The translations under genes were made by a program, and so were the position numbers. A stretch of DNA of 63,880 nucleotides, filler included, from Vezdaea acicularis (Eukaryota): assembly GCA_026025075.1 (NCBI GenBank). It is 9 parts of 9 records of this genome, joined end to end, with 100 filler letters (N's around TTAATTAATTAA, not from the genome) between each part and the next. Parts side by side here need not be neighbours in the genome. Positions count along the whole stretch, not along the records: positions 33,394 to 40,214 come from JAPEUI010000281.1; positions 40,315 to 46,935 come from JAPEUI010000282.1; positions 47,036 to 53,508 come from JAPEUI010000284.1; 6 more parts are not named here. One strand, written 5' to 3'. Positions within the stretch are counted from its first letter, which is position 1. Each line of letters starts with the position of its first letter. The notes under the pieces are model-generated. The model was not told the DNA's origin, made no database searches, and saw only the letters and a list, made by a program, of their open reading frames with translations. Below, piece after piece: positions 38,665 to 51,232 of this stretch.

Positions 38665-40214
38665 ATGATCTCCCTTGCCACGCTGTGTGGGTTTTTGTGC
38701 AGACCTCGATGGTGACGCTGGTGGGCTGACCCCTTTTCGTGCGCACAGCTCTGCCCGACGACCCCGACAGGATCCGCCCCTTCCCGCCGCCCGCCACCCC
38801 GCTTCAGTTCCCCTCCTACGAACCGCCGCGTGCGGCTCAACCGTACGAGGAGAGCAATGCACAGCAGCACTACAAGCTGTACGCGGCCATCCAGAGACCG
38901 AGTGATATCCGGCGAGCGCACTTCGACGCGCTCAACCTGCGATGTCGAGATGACACCCCGCTGGAGGAGCTGATACCGGGCGCCGCCGAGGATGGAACAT
39001 CGTATCTTCCCCCGAAGCACTGGGATGACCCTGCGTGCGACCCGGCAGCCCGAGACGGTGACCCCGCGAGGACGCTGTGTACCGGCGACCCCGCGCCGGC
39101 CAGAAGCGTATACCTTCAGCGGAAGAGCGAGCTCGACCTCGACCAGGACGATGCGTTCCGCGCCGTCGAGCGTCTGCCCCCGAGGCCGGGGCGGAAGAAG
39201 GCCATCACGGGCAACTACTACAAGTTCTGGGTGGGGCTCAACATGATGTCGCATCACTGGGATACCAGCTTGGACGAGGTGGTCGATGTGGTCGATGGAG
39301 CTCCCGCCGCTCCTCCCAAAACCCCGCAGAAATCAGCGGAAGGCGTACAAGCCGATATCAATGCCATGGACGTCGACACGCCTGAACCAGATGCGGAGAA
39401 GGAACCGGCCAAAGGCTACAAGGGGCGGCGAATGGGTACGGGCAGTGACATGCCTGCGTCCTTCCGCGAAGAGACCGTCCGTAGCTTCGTAGAGACGATC
39501 GCATGGCTCTTTAGATGTCAAGTGCAGTGAGTTCCGTCCTCCACATCCCTCCCCTCCTTCTCCCTCCCAGCCCAAATGCCACATGCTTATCCCTTGCGTC
39601 ACAGGCCGCCCCGCGTCCCTCCCCGCCTTTCCCTCCAAGAGTCCCTCTTCCCCGTGAGAATAAGCGCATCCGTCTACCGCGCGCCCAAGGACCGCGCCCT
39701 CGCCCAAAGAGGCCATTTGGAGGGGCCCGTCTTGGGCATCTATTGTCGAAACGAGACTTGCTTCCACCCCTCCGCCTCTACATCCAGCAGCACATCCCTT
39801 GCTAATCCCATCCCGCCAACCTCCCCAGATGCGATGTCCCCCTCGGCCCTCGACACTTTCCATGAGCTCCTCTGCGCCCTCCTCCTCGCCCAAGAGCGCT
39901 CCCGCCAGGGCAGGACGGAGCGCCTGCCCGGCGAGGGGAAGTGGTACACCACGGTGCCGCGCTGGGGCGGCGCTCCAGGCGGCGAGGTCGGCAATCCGGC
40001 CGGGAACACCGACGAGCCTGCTCCTGGTACGCCTGCTGCTGCTGCTGCTACTTCTCCCCCCATTACAACCTCCTCCACCTCCCCAAGCCCTACAGCGGGA
40101 GCAAGAACAAGAACCCCAGCTGCCCCACCATCCACCGACACCGCAGCTACCCCCTCACCAGCCCAACGCGCCGCCGACCGCGCCGCCGACCGCGCCGCCA
40201 CCCGCGCCCTCCTC
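38665..40214 (+). CDS. Fungal hypothetical protein, 3'-partial; introns ~38687-38748 and ~39527-39604
   Basis: Spliced MISLATLSLPDDPD...; blocks YKGRRMGTGSDMP..FREETV, GHLEGPVLGIYCR, LLLAQERSRQG..PGEGKWYTTVPRWGG; coding-like GC3 bias. Confidence 0.72.
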
Positions 40215-40314
40215 NNNNNNNNNNNNNNNNNNNNNNNNNNNNNNNNNNNNNNNNNNNNTTAATTAATTAANNNNNNNNNNNNNNNNNNNNNNNNNNNNNN
40301 NNNNNNNNNNNNNN

Positions 40315-41996
40315 TGCGGCCTTGGTGCTGGGGGCCGGGGCCACGAGGGGATCCCATCATGCCCTGGGGAGGGGGACCGCCGCGGGGGCTGTTGGGGCCG
40401 GGAGGGCGGCCGGCGGGCTTGACGGGACGGACAGAGAGGCAGGTGCGCGGGGCGACGCCCTGTTGAGAGCGGTCGAGGCGGATGCAGAGGGCCTATTTGT
40501 GAAAAAAAGAGAATTAGTATGTTGAATGAGGGCTTTAGGGGGAAGAAGGGGGAAATTGAACATACCCAGCCATCGTCATACTCGTGGAGGAGCCGGACAA
40601 GCTGGCCGGCGCGTAGCTCGAGCTCGTCCTCCATGCTGGGCTTGAAGTCTAGCTGGACGCGGTGGACAACAGGGGGACCAGTTGCATCAGGCGGTGGACC
40701 GCGAGGGAGAGCAGCAGTGCCGCCGACGCCGCCAGCGACGGCCGCAATCGGGGTTGGGGGGACTTCAGACATCTGGCTGAAAACGGTACCGGTAGGGCTC
40801 AGAGGGGACTTTTCATTCATGGCGCGGTCGTTGTCTGGTTGGCTTGGCTCGGGTTCGGGCTTGGGGGCAGGTGATGGTGATGGTCCGCGTTGTTGCTGTT
40901 GATGGTGAGACGCAGCAGCAGCTGCTGCCCCTCCAACTGCGGCTGCGCCAGCGACGACAGCGGTACCGGTCAGCATCGCAGCAGCGAGATCTCGGCCGTC
41001 TGGTTCGGGGCCCTTTGGCGGGGTGGGAATCGACGGTAGGCCCAGGGGACTCGACTTCGGTGGGACGTTTGGTGACAGCGACGACTCTGCATGGTTGCCG
41101 AACGGATTGGCTGGGTCATTGGCGGGCGTTTGCCGCATTGGTTGAGATTGAGGGACGGCGAGGTTCTGGTTGTTCGGCGAGAGACTGCGTTGAGCGCCGG
41201 CACCTGAGGTCATCGCCAGCTGGTTGCCCTGGCTCTTCCGGTCCCCTGCAAGGTTCGGGAGGAATTGGGTGACAGGCCTCAAGCTGAGCCGTGGCGCCGT
41301 GGAGGCCGTCTTTGCCGTTCGCACGCTCGACGCCCGACCTCCATAGGTAGACCCATCGTGAGAGAAATGGCTCTTGAGAGCTCCACCATTACTGTTGTTC
41401 TTCTCATCATTCATCTTTGCATATTCTTCGTTCTGTTTCCTCTTGCGACGGTACATGACTAGCACTAGACTGAGGACGGCGATCAATCCTAGCAACAGAC
41501 CAAGGACCAGCCCGGCCTTTGCTCCTCCCGTCATGCCACTCGTCGAAGACGTACTGCTAATTGCGGTTGGGGAAGAAGAAGACGAAGATGTCGTCATATA
41601 TGTTGGACTTGAATTACTCTGGCTGGCAGAACTGGATGTTTGTGACGACGAAGCAGAGGTCGTACTAGAGGACGTAGATGATGTCGTAGTTGAGCTTGAA
41701 GATGTGGATGTTGAGGATGTCGTACTAGCACTCTGCGTCGAGGTGTCCTGCTGCTGGACGGACGTCTGTTGCTGCTGCTGTTGTTGTTGAGTTGTGGGGG
41801 CCTGGCGCTGAGAACTCGATGCTTGGACTGGCGGTCCTACAATACCCACCGTCGACAACGTAGCCGGGCCTGGAAACGTCTGTGGGGCCGTCACGAAGAC
41901 AACGGACGTGACCACCTGTGGCTCCGCCTCGCGAGCTTCGAGGTGAACATGATTCGACAGGCCTGAACGGCCGAGGAGACGTTTGTGGTGCACCAT
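40315..41996 (-). CDS. Single-pass membrane protein with Ser/Thr-rich ectodomain and C-terminal SH3 domain (Fus1-like architecture), 3'-partial
   Basis: S/T stalk, TM segment AGLVLGLLLGLIAVLSLVLVMY followed by RRKRK, APRLSLRPVTQF, SH3 VHRVQLDFKPSMEDELEL..HEYDDGW|ALCIRLDRSQQGVAPRTCL. Confidence 0.85.
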
Positions 41997-43847
41997 CTTT
42001 GCGACGATGCGGTGCAAAAGGTCACGAACGGCCGTGAGGTCGAACGAGGATGCGACTGAAGTTGTATTCCTCCGCACGATTTGATGTTTATTGAATAGAG
42101 CGCGTCGTCTGACGAGGTTTCACGATGCGAGGATCGTGCGAGTTTATCAATAGTCGCCCGAGAGTCAATCCTATTGTCGCGGCACACTCTCGTCTGGCGA
42201 AGTGAGGTCTAGCTTGCGCAACAATAGCCAGTCGAGGCTGATCAAAAGGAATGGCAGTGAATGTTCGGAGACGTTGTTAAAGGAAGGGCAACGAGCTCGA
42301 AGATAGTGAGTGAGGCAAAAAAGAGTGAGGGTCTACCGGCAGAAAAAAGAACGAGGGATCAGGTAGAAAAGCAGTGAAGCACAGACGGGAGGGAGGAGAA
42401 GGACGTGAGGAGGACAGGGCGGAGAGAGGGCGCGGTCGTCAGGCGGAGATGACGGCCGAAGCGACAAACAATTCCCCTTCTCTCTCTCTCCCTCGCCCCT
42501 TCCCTTTTCGCTCGCCGAGATTTAGGGGCGCCGCTGGGAGGGCTTGGCGGTACGTGCTCGATTGGCTCCGGTACCGAGGTTCCTGGCGCCATGCCCGGCC
42601 GGGACTAGCGCGGACGCAAGGGCGGACACCCGACGGCCATCTCGGCGCGTCCGATTGGCCTCTCACAGGACCGAGTGCAATTTGCCTGATCAGCGCGAGA
42701 GGCTGTTAGTTGGGGAGGCCGATGCGCGACTGGCCGCAACGGCTGAGCAACGAGCGGCCTCTCCTCGTCGTCCTCTCACCAATTGCCAGCCCGATCAAGA
42801 GGAGCAACGGGATCATGGCGTGCAATTCGTGACGGATATCGCCACGGTCACGGCGGTGCGCGCCTCGAGGAGGAGGAGGAGGGAGGGCGGGGGGGGGGTC
42901 AGGTTCGACATCCTCGAGCTGCATCATTCGTCACATGCAGCGAGCGTTGAAGATCTTGCTTGCCCTACACTATCTACGACCCAGCAGTATCCAGGGACGA
43001 GGAGCAGGAACGCGCCCGCATCCAGAACCTACCTGGCGCCTCCGATCAAACCTTCCTACTGATACGCCTTACTCTTGATGCTCTCGATACGTTTGCCCTC
43101 AAACCGACCTACCTTTGTAAATGGCCTCAAAGCCCGAGCAGATTATTTATTGTGGAGACCTTGGCACGATATGTCATATCACTATGCTTACCTTGTTCTC
43201 CATGAGGCAGCCACGACAGAGGCCTCGCGCTCCTTCTTTCTGCGGCTGCTGTCGCGTTCACGTGGCCGCGTTCCGCAAATTAAAGGAGCTCGCCGCGCCT
43301 TGGCAATATCTCTCCCCACTCCACCCCCCACGTCATCCCCGTTTCACGACCGTGTGGCTTACCTGGAAATCGCGGTGCAAGGCGAGAGACGAGGAGGCGA
43401 GAGGCGTCGCCGGTTCACAGCCTTATGGAGGTTCTCTTTTCCCCTTGTTAGATGAGGTCACGAATGCTGCCGGATTAGTACCAAGAGGGCCAAAACGAAA
43501 CAAAACTGGCATGGAAGCATGACGCTTCAATCCCTAACATCGTTGGACTGATGCGACACTTCACCAAGTCTTCGGCTGATGTGGCGTCAACCGCAAAGGG
43601 CGCTTCGCACGCGGTTCCCGGGAGGGAGAAGATGTCAACGCAGTCAGAAAAAATCGCTAGCAAGGAATTCTGCGGCCGGGGGTGGAGGGAAAAGGCCTCT
43701 CTACAATGTCTGCACTTCTTGTTTCTCATCCGTATGCCAGACCGTGCTTCGCCATTTGCGCCCTGATGCTACGCCAATATTCCTACGATGCTACTCTCCT
43801 TTCACAGGCTTTAGCGTCTTACCAACCTTGGGTCCCTTCCATCCTCA

Positions 43848-46370
43848 TCAGGGCGAACCTGACGGTCTACTCAATCCACGTATGATATCAATCTTTTCCT
43901 GTGCGGCCCGGAAAGCCGCTTCCGACGTGGGCGACATCCCTCGCCCCGTGCTCACGCCTGTTGGTGACTGCACGTGCGGTGACTGAGGCCACACTTGGGG
44001 GGGTGGCATCCATGGAGGGAGTTGGGCCGGTGGAGATGTACCCCAGTGTACCTGCTGTGGTACAGGCGGACTCCATGGTGCTTGATCATTGGCTTGAGGG
44101 GCGTTGTTAAAGAAGGCGGGGTTCAGGAACGCGCCCGGACGAATGTTGCTGGGACTGGGGGCTCCTTGAGGCGGAACGAGGCTTCCTGGGGTTTGCGGCA
44201 TGTAGGGCAGCGCCGGCGGCGGCGGTGCATATTGACCCCACGAGGATTGAATTTGCGCAATAGGGTAGGCCTCGGGTCTTGGAGGAGCGTAGGGCGTATA
44301 TTGAACATGCTGTGGCGGAGGAACTTGTGGCATTGGCGAGTGAGATTGCCGGCTATCTCTATAGCTGTTATTCTGGTGGTACGGGGGGTCTCGTGAGTGT
44401 TCCCGTTGGACCCTCTGTGCTTGATCGTTCTCGAAAGGGCGCCGGGGGTCATATCCGTCGTCTGGACGGCGTGAATAGTTATCGTCCCGACCTTGGCGAT
44501 GATCTTGCGGGCTTCGATCAAACTTTCGCCGTTGTTTCTGCCGCTCTCTTCCTCGGCCATGCCGTTCTCTAGGCCCATCCCTTCTGGATCCTCGTCCACC
44601 ATCTCGGCCGCCTCCGTCTCGGCCGCCTCCGTCTCGACCGCCTCTGTCTCGACCGCCTCTGTCTCGACCGCCTCTATCTCGACCACCTCGGGCCCTGGCA
44701 CGATCTTGACCCTTACCTGGGCGTCGACCGCGGTTGGCATGATCTCTGGTTTCTATAGGGGCTTCTCCTCGTCCCATGAGCTCATGAAGATTAGAAGGTC
44801 GGGCCAGTGGTGTGTAGAGGTCATCATCAACCTCCCCATCCTCAGAATTTGCATTGGGGCGGTCATCGTAATGGATAGTATCTTCTGCTTCAACAGCTTG
44901 ATGCTGGCCGTTGAACCGCGTTGCTGTGCTGTTTGGATCCTGTCGGTCGCCTCGGCGTGCTTGACGAGCTTCTTTGATACGCCTTTTGTGCTCGGCTTCG
45001 GCTTCGTCATCCGAAAACTCAACCTCGTCATCACCAACTTCTTCGTCGTAAAAATTTGACGCGTCTGACCCTTTGATGGCTTGCAAGGGCTTTGTGAAGA
45101 CAAAAGTAGAATGAGCTTCAACGTAAAAAATCTTGGTGCCAGCAGCGATTCCCGTTTCCGCGACTTCTGTAGCATTCGTGAACCGTATCGTGTACCTAGG
45201 CTGCATGACTTGGCCCATTAAATCCGCAACGACACCGATGACGGTTCGATCTCCTAGGCAGAGTACGGAACCGGACTCAAGTACACGATACTCTCCGGAG
45301 GTGTTCGCCTTGACGAGGGCAACATTCCCTATAACTGATTCGACTGATCCAAGCTCCTCAATTTTCATTTGCTGTGTTACCACGACTTCTGGCTTCTCAA
45401 CCTTCTCATCTGGTATCTCATTCTTTGTGCGCAGTTGAGCAGCTTCAGCGGGCTTTCCATTTCTCTTCCCTCCTTCATCATCTGAGCCTCCATCTCCGGC
45501 CATCAGAATCTTGGCTTGCTCTTCTACGCTCAGAAGATTGTATTCTTCTTTATCTTCCTCGTCATCACTTCCATCTGAGCCTGAAGACGAAGTATCATCA
45601 GAGGACGTGGACTGTGCATCAGAAGAATCAAAGCGGAACTCGCCATCGTCGCCCTCTATTGCCACATCGGGAGGTTTGACTGGCTGTGATTCCTCTGGAA
45701 GCTTCTGTTCAAGCGATGGAAAATGATTAGAGTGGGGGTCTTGAAGATAGCTGTTGGTAGATGGGATTGCTGATGCTTCAGTCAGCGTTTTGTTCAGAGG
45801 AGGGTTCATGCCGCTCCCATTCAAAATAGGCTCGTTTATTGGTGCATGGTATATCTCATCAGATTGACTTCCATCTTCATGGTTGTTATGTTTCGTTTCA
45901 GTGCGTCTCAGCTCACTAGGAGCCTCGGTAATTGTCGCCGGTGGTTGAGATAAGCCAGGAAGACTGAAGACTAAACCCGGCTCTTGAAGTATACCTTGAT
46001 CGATAGGAGCTGCATTTAAGGTAGGGATCCTGTGCTCTTCGTTGCCTGTGTTTGTTGTGAGTGTAGGCTCCTGTGTGGCTGTGTTTGGCTGGACAAATCC
46101 AAGACCAGGAATGAGACTGAGAGGAATCTCCGTCGGCTCTGGCGAACCGCGCGGGTTGACTGATCGTGAGAATTGAGAAGCTTGGTCTGATTTACCATGC
46201 GGCTTCTGCGGTGTGCCATAGAGATCATCGAGATCATCGAAATCATCATCCTCATCCATAGGGGTTTCTGGTTCACTTGCTGTTTTTCGTTCCATCTCAA
46301 GCCGAGGGCGTTTTGAAGGTGGTTCTTCACTCTCTGCGAGTATATCCTGCTTGGCTGACGAGAGAGACAT
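43848..46370 (-). CDS. NAF1: H/ACA RNP assembly factor Naf1 (single exon)
   Basis: LRTKNE, Gar1/Naf1 domain (VLESGSVLCL..IGVVADLMGQVMQPRY), KGSDASNFYDEEV..EFSDDEAE, RGG repeats. Confidence 0.9.
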   Translation of the reverse strand: MSLSSAKQDILAESEEPPSKRPRLEMERKTASEPETPMDEDDDFDDLDDLYGTPQKPHGKSDQASQFSRSVNPRGSPEPTEIPLSLIPGLGFVQPNTATQEPTLTTNTGNEEHRIPTLNAAPIDQGILQEPGLVFSLPGLSQPPATITEAPSELRRTETKHNNHEDGSQSDEIYHAPINEPILNGSGMNPPLNKTLTEASAIPSTNSYLQDPHSNHFPSLEQKLPEESQPVKPPDVAIEGDDGEFRFDSSDAQSTSSDDTSSSGSDGSDDEEDKEEYNLLSVEEQAKILMAGDGGSDDEGGKRNGKPAEAAQLRTKNEIPDEKVEKPEVVVTQQMKIEELGSVESVIGNVALVKANTSGEYRVLESGSVLCLGDRTVIGVVADLMGQVMQPRYTIRFTNATEVAETGIAAGTKIFYVEAHSTFVFTKPLQAIKGSDASNFYDEEVGDDEVEFSDDEAEAEHKRRIKEARQARRGDRQDPNSTATRFNGQHQAVEAEDTIHYDDRPNANSEDGEVDDDLYTPLARPSNLHELMGRGEAPIETRDHANRGRRPGKGQDRARARGGRDRGGRDRGGRDRGGRDGGGRDGGGRDGGRGSRRDGPRERHGRGRERQKQRRKFDRSPQDHRQGRDDNYSRRPDDGYDPRRPFENDQAQRVQREHSRDPPYHQNNSYRDSRQSHSPMPQVPPPQHVQYTPYAPPRPEAYPIAQIQSSWGQYAPPPPALPYMPQTPGSLVPPQGAPSPSNIRPGAFLNPAFFNNAPQANDQAPWSPPVPQQVHWGTSPPAQLPPWMPPPQVWPQSPHVQSPTGVSTGRGMSPTSEAAFRAAQEKIDIIRGLSRPSGSP
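44600..44690 (-). repeat. 15-bp coding tandem repeat (GGRDR/GGRDG) within NAF1
   Basis: GTCTCGRCCGCCTCY repeated about six times. Confidence 0.85.
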
Positions 46371-46645
46371 GGCTTGAAGCGCTTGATCAGTCCAGGGCCA
46401 TGAGTATGATATTAATAATGAACCTTTGAAGAAGCTGGCTCGTACTACACGAACGACAAGTGCGTGCGTGTAGACGATGAGAATGTCTCGCTACTTTGCG
46501 TCCCTCGGAGAGAATGGCGCTAGTCCAAATAGAGCCGATCGATATAGTGGAGATCGGAGTTCTTCATACATCTCTGGTTTCACGGTCATGTCTTGCTTTG
46601 TATTTCTAGACCTTAAGAGGTCCCACGAATTTGCATGTCTAAAAG

Positions 46646-46935
46646 ATGGCGCCTACTAACAAAATGCCTAACGATCCTCGAAGGAGAGGGAAAATCGCAC
46701 CACCCGAAAAGCCCATCCTTGAGGAGCCTCTCTTCGCGTTCTACTGCTTTTTCGCGCTCAATGTGATTTCTGCCTTATACGCGCCGATCCAGGATTGCGA
46801 CGAGACTTATAACTATTGGGAGCCAACACACTACCTGCGCCGGGGCTTTGGACTGCAGACCTGGGAGTACTCACCTCAGTATGCAATTCGAAGCTGGTCT
46901 TATGTTGCCCTTCATGCCGTCGTTGGCGTCCTTAA
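46646..46935 (+). CDS. ALG9: Alpha-1,2-mannosyltransferase Alg9, 5' fragment
   Basis: YAPIQDCDETYNYWEPTHYL..GLQTWEYSPQYAIRSW. Divergent from NAF1 across about 275 nt. Confidence 0.93.
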
Positions 46936-47421
46936 NNNNNNNNNNNNNNNNNNNNNNNNNNNNNNNNNNNNNNNNNNNNTTAATTAATTAANNNNNNNNN
47001 NNNNNNNNNNNNNNNNNNNNNNNNNNNNNNNNNNNCCCGCGCCAGTTTGATCCCCTCGCGAGCCCAACTTGAAGAAAGGACGCAAGTCTCATAACCCAAG
47101 CCTGAGAAATGAAGCAAGTGGGCATGGCTGTGGATGTGTCAAAGAGAGCGCCATATAGATGCAGCGCCGAGGACCCCCTTCCATTCTCAGCCCCGAGAAG
47201 AATGCATTCCCCTCGCTCCCCAAAACGCATCGAACAAATGCAAAAAAAGTTCCGAGACCCCGATGCATGCAGAGTTTTTCCCCCAAGACAGTACGCCGCG
47301 CCGCCGCTGCAGCAGTGATTCTAAAACCCCACTCGCAATGCAGATATACAGTTCGTCGAGCGCCCCCTTTCCCCCAGTCCATAATGTGCTGAATCAATCA
47401 AGGGAAAAAAAAAGGGCGCAA

Positions 47422-48705
47422 TCAGAACCAGCCGTAATCGCTCGTCGCTACGGTCGAGACTGGCATGTCTGGAGGAAATGTTCCGGATGAAGGAAAGTGC
47501 TGTTGCGGTGTCGAATTTGTGTACATGAAAGGCGGGTTGGCTGATTGAGGGATGAAGGGGGAGTCGATTGGTTGGACGGGTTCGTTCGGCGCGTTTTCGT
47601 CGTCCGAGCTGGCGCCGTCTTCCTCGTCGTCGAGGTTCTCGGGCGGCTGGAAGGTCTCTTCAAGCTTCAGACCCTTGCCGCTCGGTTGCTGGGGCTGGTA
47701 CGCCGAGCCGAGCAGTTGTGCCATCATGAACTCGCGGTATTCGTCCAGCTCGGGGTCGGAGCTGTGGCGTTCTTCGGGCTTATCGTAGAGGCCGAGAGCG
47801 ACCAGCTCCTTCTCTTGCTTTGGCTGCTCGAAAAGCAGAGAGCCCTTTGGCTCGAGGTCGATGGTCTGAGTCATCGCGTCGTGTCGCTGGACGGGGAGGA
47901 AGTCGTCGGGCGTGGTGGGTGCAGTCGAGACGACTTGCGGAGCTGGAGGAATTTGATAGTCGGGCCAGACTTGCGGCACATAAGGCGAGGAGTATTGACC
48001 TGAGAAATCCCATGGGTAGGAGATAGTCGAGTACAGCTCGCTCTCTGGTGTCTGGGTGGAGAATTGATGATGCGGCGACGAGAACTCCACGCCTGGAATA
48101 TAGATGTCGTTGTTGGGAAGGAAATTATATTGGACCGGCTCACCGAGATCAGTGTCGGGACTTGGATTTGGCATGTTCACGGCCGACAAAGCTTCGTATT
48201 GCTCAGGATATGATGCGGGGAGACCGTCGGGCGTAATCGTGTCGAAGTCGTTGTTCCACAGTGCTTGTGAGGGGTCAAAGTAAGGCACGGGCGGTTGCTC
48301 ATCCAGTGCGGGGCCGAACGAGTCCGACGAGATTGGATGCCAGGTGATAGGTCTCATCGTCCGGCTCAAGTCCTGCCCCATCCGTGACGATGAAAGTTCA
48401 TTGTGGGAGGACTGATAGAGCTCCTCGGAGGTCGAGTGTCGGTATGCTGTGGGTGTGCCACGCAACCATCTCCGTCGATCGAACACACTCGGACTGTTGC
48501 CTGCGCTCGTGGTCTTCATCACCCGGCTCGGACGTCCATGCCGGCTGTTCGCCTCGGAGTAGGCGCCGGAGAAGCGGCTCGAAGGTCGACGAGAGAGCTT
48601 CGAGACGGCCATCTGTCGGGCCACGTCGTCGAGAAGGGCGTCGAGGTTGGGTTCCTCCGCCGTCGAGGCCGGCTCGTAGGCGGGGAGGTTGTTGATTCTA
48701 TACAT
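47422..48705 (-). CDS. Fungal hypothetical, largely disordered protein (likely start MYRINN at 48705)
   Basis: Long ORF with motif-like islands RPITWHP, TAPTTPDDFLPVQ, ELVALGLYDKP, GKGLKLEETFQPP. Confidence 0.7.
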   Translation of the reverse strand: MYRINNLPAYEPASTAEEPNLDALLDDVARQMAVSKLSRRPSSRFSGAYSEANSRHGRPSRVMKTTSAGNSPSVFDRRRWLRGTPTAYRHSTSEELYQSSHNELSSSRMGQDLSRTMRPITWHPISSDSFGPALDEQPPVPYFDPSQALWNNDFDTITPDGLPASYPEQYEALSAVNMPNPSPDTDLGEPVQYNFLPNNDIYIPGVEFSSPHHQFSTQTPESELYSTISYPWDFSGQYSSPYVPQVWPDYQIPPAPQVVSTAPTTPDDFLPVQRHDAMTQTIDLEPKGSLLFEQPKQEKELVALGLYDKPEERHSSDPELDEYREFMMAQLLGSAYQPQQPSGKGLKLEETFQPPENLDDEEDGASSDDENAPNEPVQPIDSPFIPQSANPPFMYTNSTPQQHFPSSGTFPPDMPVSTVATSDYGWF

Positions 48706-51184
48706 GGTTGGCAGCGTGGTGAGAAGGTAAGGAGGCCGAGGTTCGTCAACCGTGCTGTAGAAGGGGAGCTGTGCGAGATTAGTATATAAAGGGCTGAGGC
48801 ATGTGGGGCGCCTTTGGGGTGGAGGGGGCAGCCTACTCATTAAGTCATGGCGAATCAAGGGAAGGAATGACTGATGAAGAATGAGCAAAGAAAAATGGTG
48901 GAGCTGTGAGGACGGTGCCAAACGAGGTTGAATGGGCAGGACCAATTTAGGAATGGAGGGGGGAGGGGTGGGAAGGCAGCCCGCGTGGTATATCAATCAA
49001 AGGGTGGAACAGCCGTGTGACAATGGGGCCAGGGCCGACGGAGGGCGCCATGACGCGGACGGCAGGTGGAGGCTGTCGCAGAGGTGTGCCGGGGTGCGCG
49101 GTTGCGAGCTTGCGAGGTTGCAAGGTTGCAAGGTTGCGAGGCTGCTCCGCCAGAACGCCCGCCAGCAGGCCGACGCCAAAAGCAAGTGGAATGGGAATTA
49201 TCCAGGCCGGGCATAACCCGGGCATGCTCCCCCGGGCTTGGAGGCGATCCCTCGGAGAGTTGGCGTTAGCGTGGAGGCTAAGGACCCCGGTCGCGTTCCG
49301 CAATGGTCTGAGGGAAGGAGCGAAGCATTGGGGAGGGAAGGAGGGGAGGGGGGCCCAGGGTGGCACAAGCACGGTTTGGGAGTGAATTGGCGGGCATGTG
49401 GGAATTTGGCGACGGGGGCAGGCCCACGCTCCGTCTGGTAACGGGCGGAAAGGATCGGCGGTTGCATTTCGCATCTCACGCCCGCACGTCGTCGGACAGG
49501 GAAGGGGCCAGCGACAGGGGGCCGGGCAGGGAGGTGCTGGGAACAGGAAGGGACAATGGGCGACAGGGAAGGCGACAGGGGAGGTGACAGCGCGGACCAG
49601 GGTTGGGGCCGGCCAGGCGCTAGTGGCACGATAGGCAAAGCCACCTCATCTGGCCGCAGCCGGTTGCGTGCGCTGCGCTGCTGCTCCTGCAGGGAAGGGC
49701 GTGGGCTGGCTGCGGCGGACAACCGCGGGACCGGGGGGGGGGGAGGGGCTTTGGTGGAGGAGGGTGCATGCCGTGGGGCCGGTTCCTCTGCTTCTCCTGC
49801 TGCTTCTCTCTCACATTTCTGCGAGTGACTGACGGTGGTGACGATGGTGACCGCGGCGGTGGTGGTGGTGATGCGTGATGCCGATGCGAGTGAGATGGCA
49901 AAGGGGGCCAGCCCCGCGCGGCAGGTTGTTGGTCGTCGCGACGTTACGGGCTGCGAAGGGCGCTTGATTGCATTATCGCCAGATGTGGTCGCCCGAGCAA
50001 GCGAGTCGACTGAATAAGTCGACGCAGCGAGATGAAGAATGGCTCCGTCGCTGCTTTCCCTCCCTCGTCTTCTGCCTCTCGCTGCCCACTTCTTGGCCGC
50101 CCCCCCCTCCCCTCCGACCTAGTCGCCAATGGCCGACTCCACCACCCGCCGAGATGATTTCACGATGATGACTGGCTCGGCGATGCCTTCGCGAGTGCGA
50201 CGCCAGGCTGCACGGAGGGGCCGAGGGGAGAGCACGATCATCTGGGCCCGGCTCATTTTATCGATTGTTTCGATGGGGACGTGGGGCTTTTTCTTGGCCC
50301 GGCCCCGGCCTGACGCAAGGCGAGAATGAGGCCTGTCGCGACGATCCGCCCGTCGAGGAATGCAGAGTGCAGCAGCGATGCGATGAGATGAGACAAGACG
50401 AGACAAGAGCAGAACGACCGAGCGAGGAGAGGACAGCGCGAAGAGAGCGCAGTCGGTCGGGCAGGCGGCGGCATACACGAATGGAGCGGCAGATCTGCCC
50501 ATGGCACTGACAGAGGCCGAGTCACCGTCCGATCGGTGGTCGAGATGATGATTACGTTGCGAGTCGCTAACGAGATTTGCCGCGTCGTGGGCGCCCACTC
50601 CTCGCTCGTCTGCTCTTTGCACTTTGCTCTTTTTCGATAATGCGCCAGTTTGGGCGTGCGACGGTGCGAGGGCGTGGGACCCGACGGTGACCGTGGCCGT
50701 GGCCGTGGATGGTTCCGTGCTAGCGCATCGCCGCCTGCCGGAGTCCTGCCACGGCGCGCGACGACGCAAAACGGGCTGAGGCGGGTGAACGGTGGATGGT
50801 GGATGGTGGACGGTGGACGGTGGGTTGGGGTTCGCGCGGACGAGGAAGGGACGAGGGCGAGGTAGAGGAAGCGGAAGAGGAAGCGGCAGGTCTTGGCTGG
50901 ACCGAGGGTGGAGCGGCCAGCCCTAGAGCCGTCAGCGCGCATCTGCGCGGCCGTATCGGTCGTGTCGGCAGGTGTTGCCAAACGGCGCAGGGATCTAGCG
51001 GCACATGGTTTTTTGCCTTTTGCCCCAAGCGATCCGACGAGGCCACGCAGGATGGGGCCGTGCAGGGGGGAGCGGCCAAGAGAATACAGGACGAGCGAGA
51101 CGAGACGACGAAGCTGCACGGGCTGGGCAGGGCAGGGCAGGGCAGGGTTCGACCGCATTCAACGGCCGTGAGCCGTCACACTCG

Positions 51185-51232
51185 CTCTCTCTCACACACA
51201 CACACACACACTCACATACTCACACACACTCT
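51185..51232. repeat. (CT)n(CA)n microsatellite
   Basis: ctctctctcacacacacacacacacactcacatactcacacacact. Confidence 0.85.
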
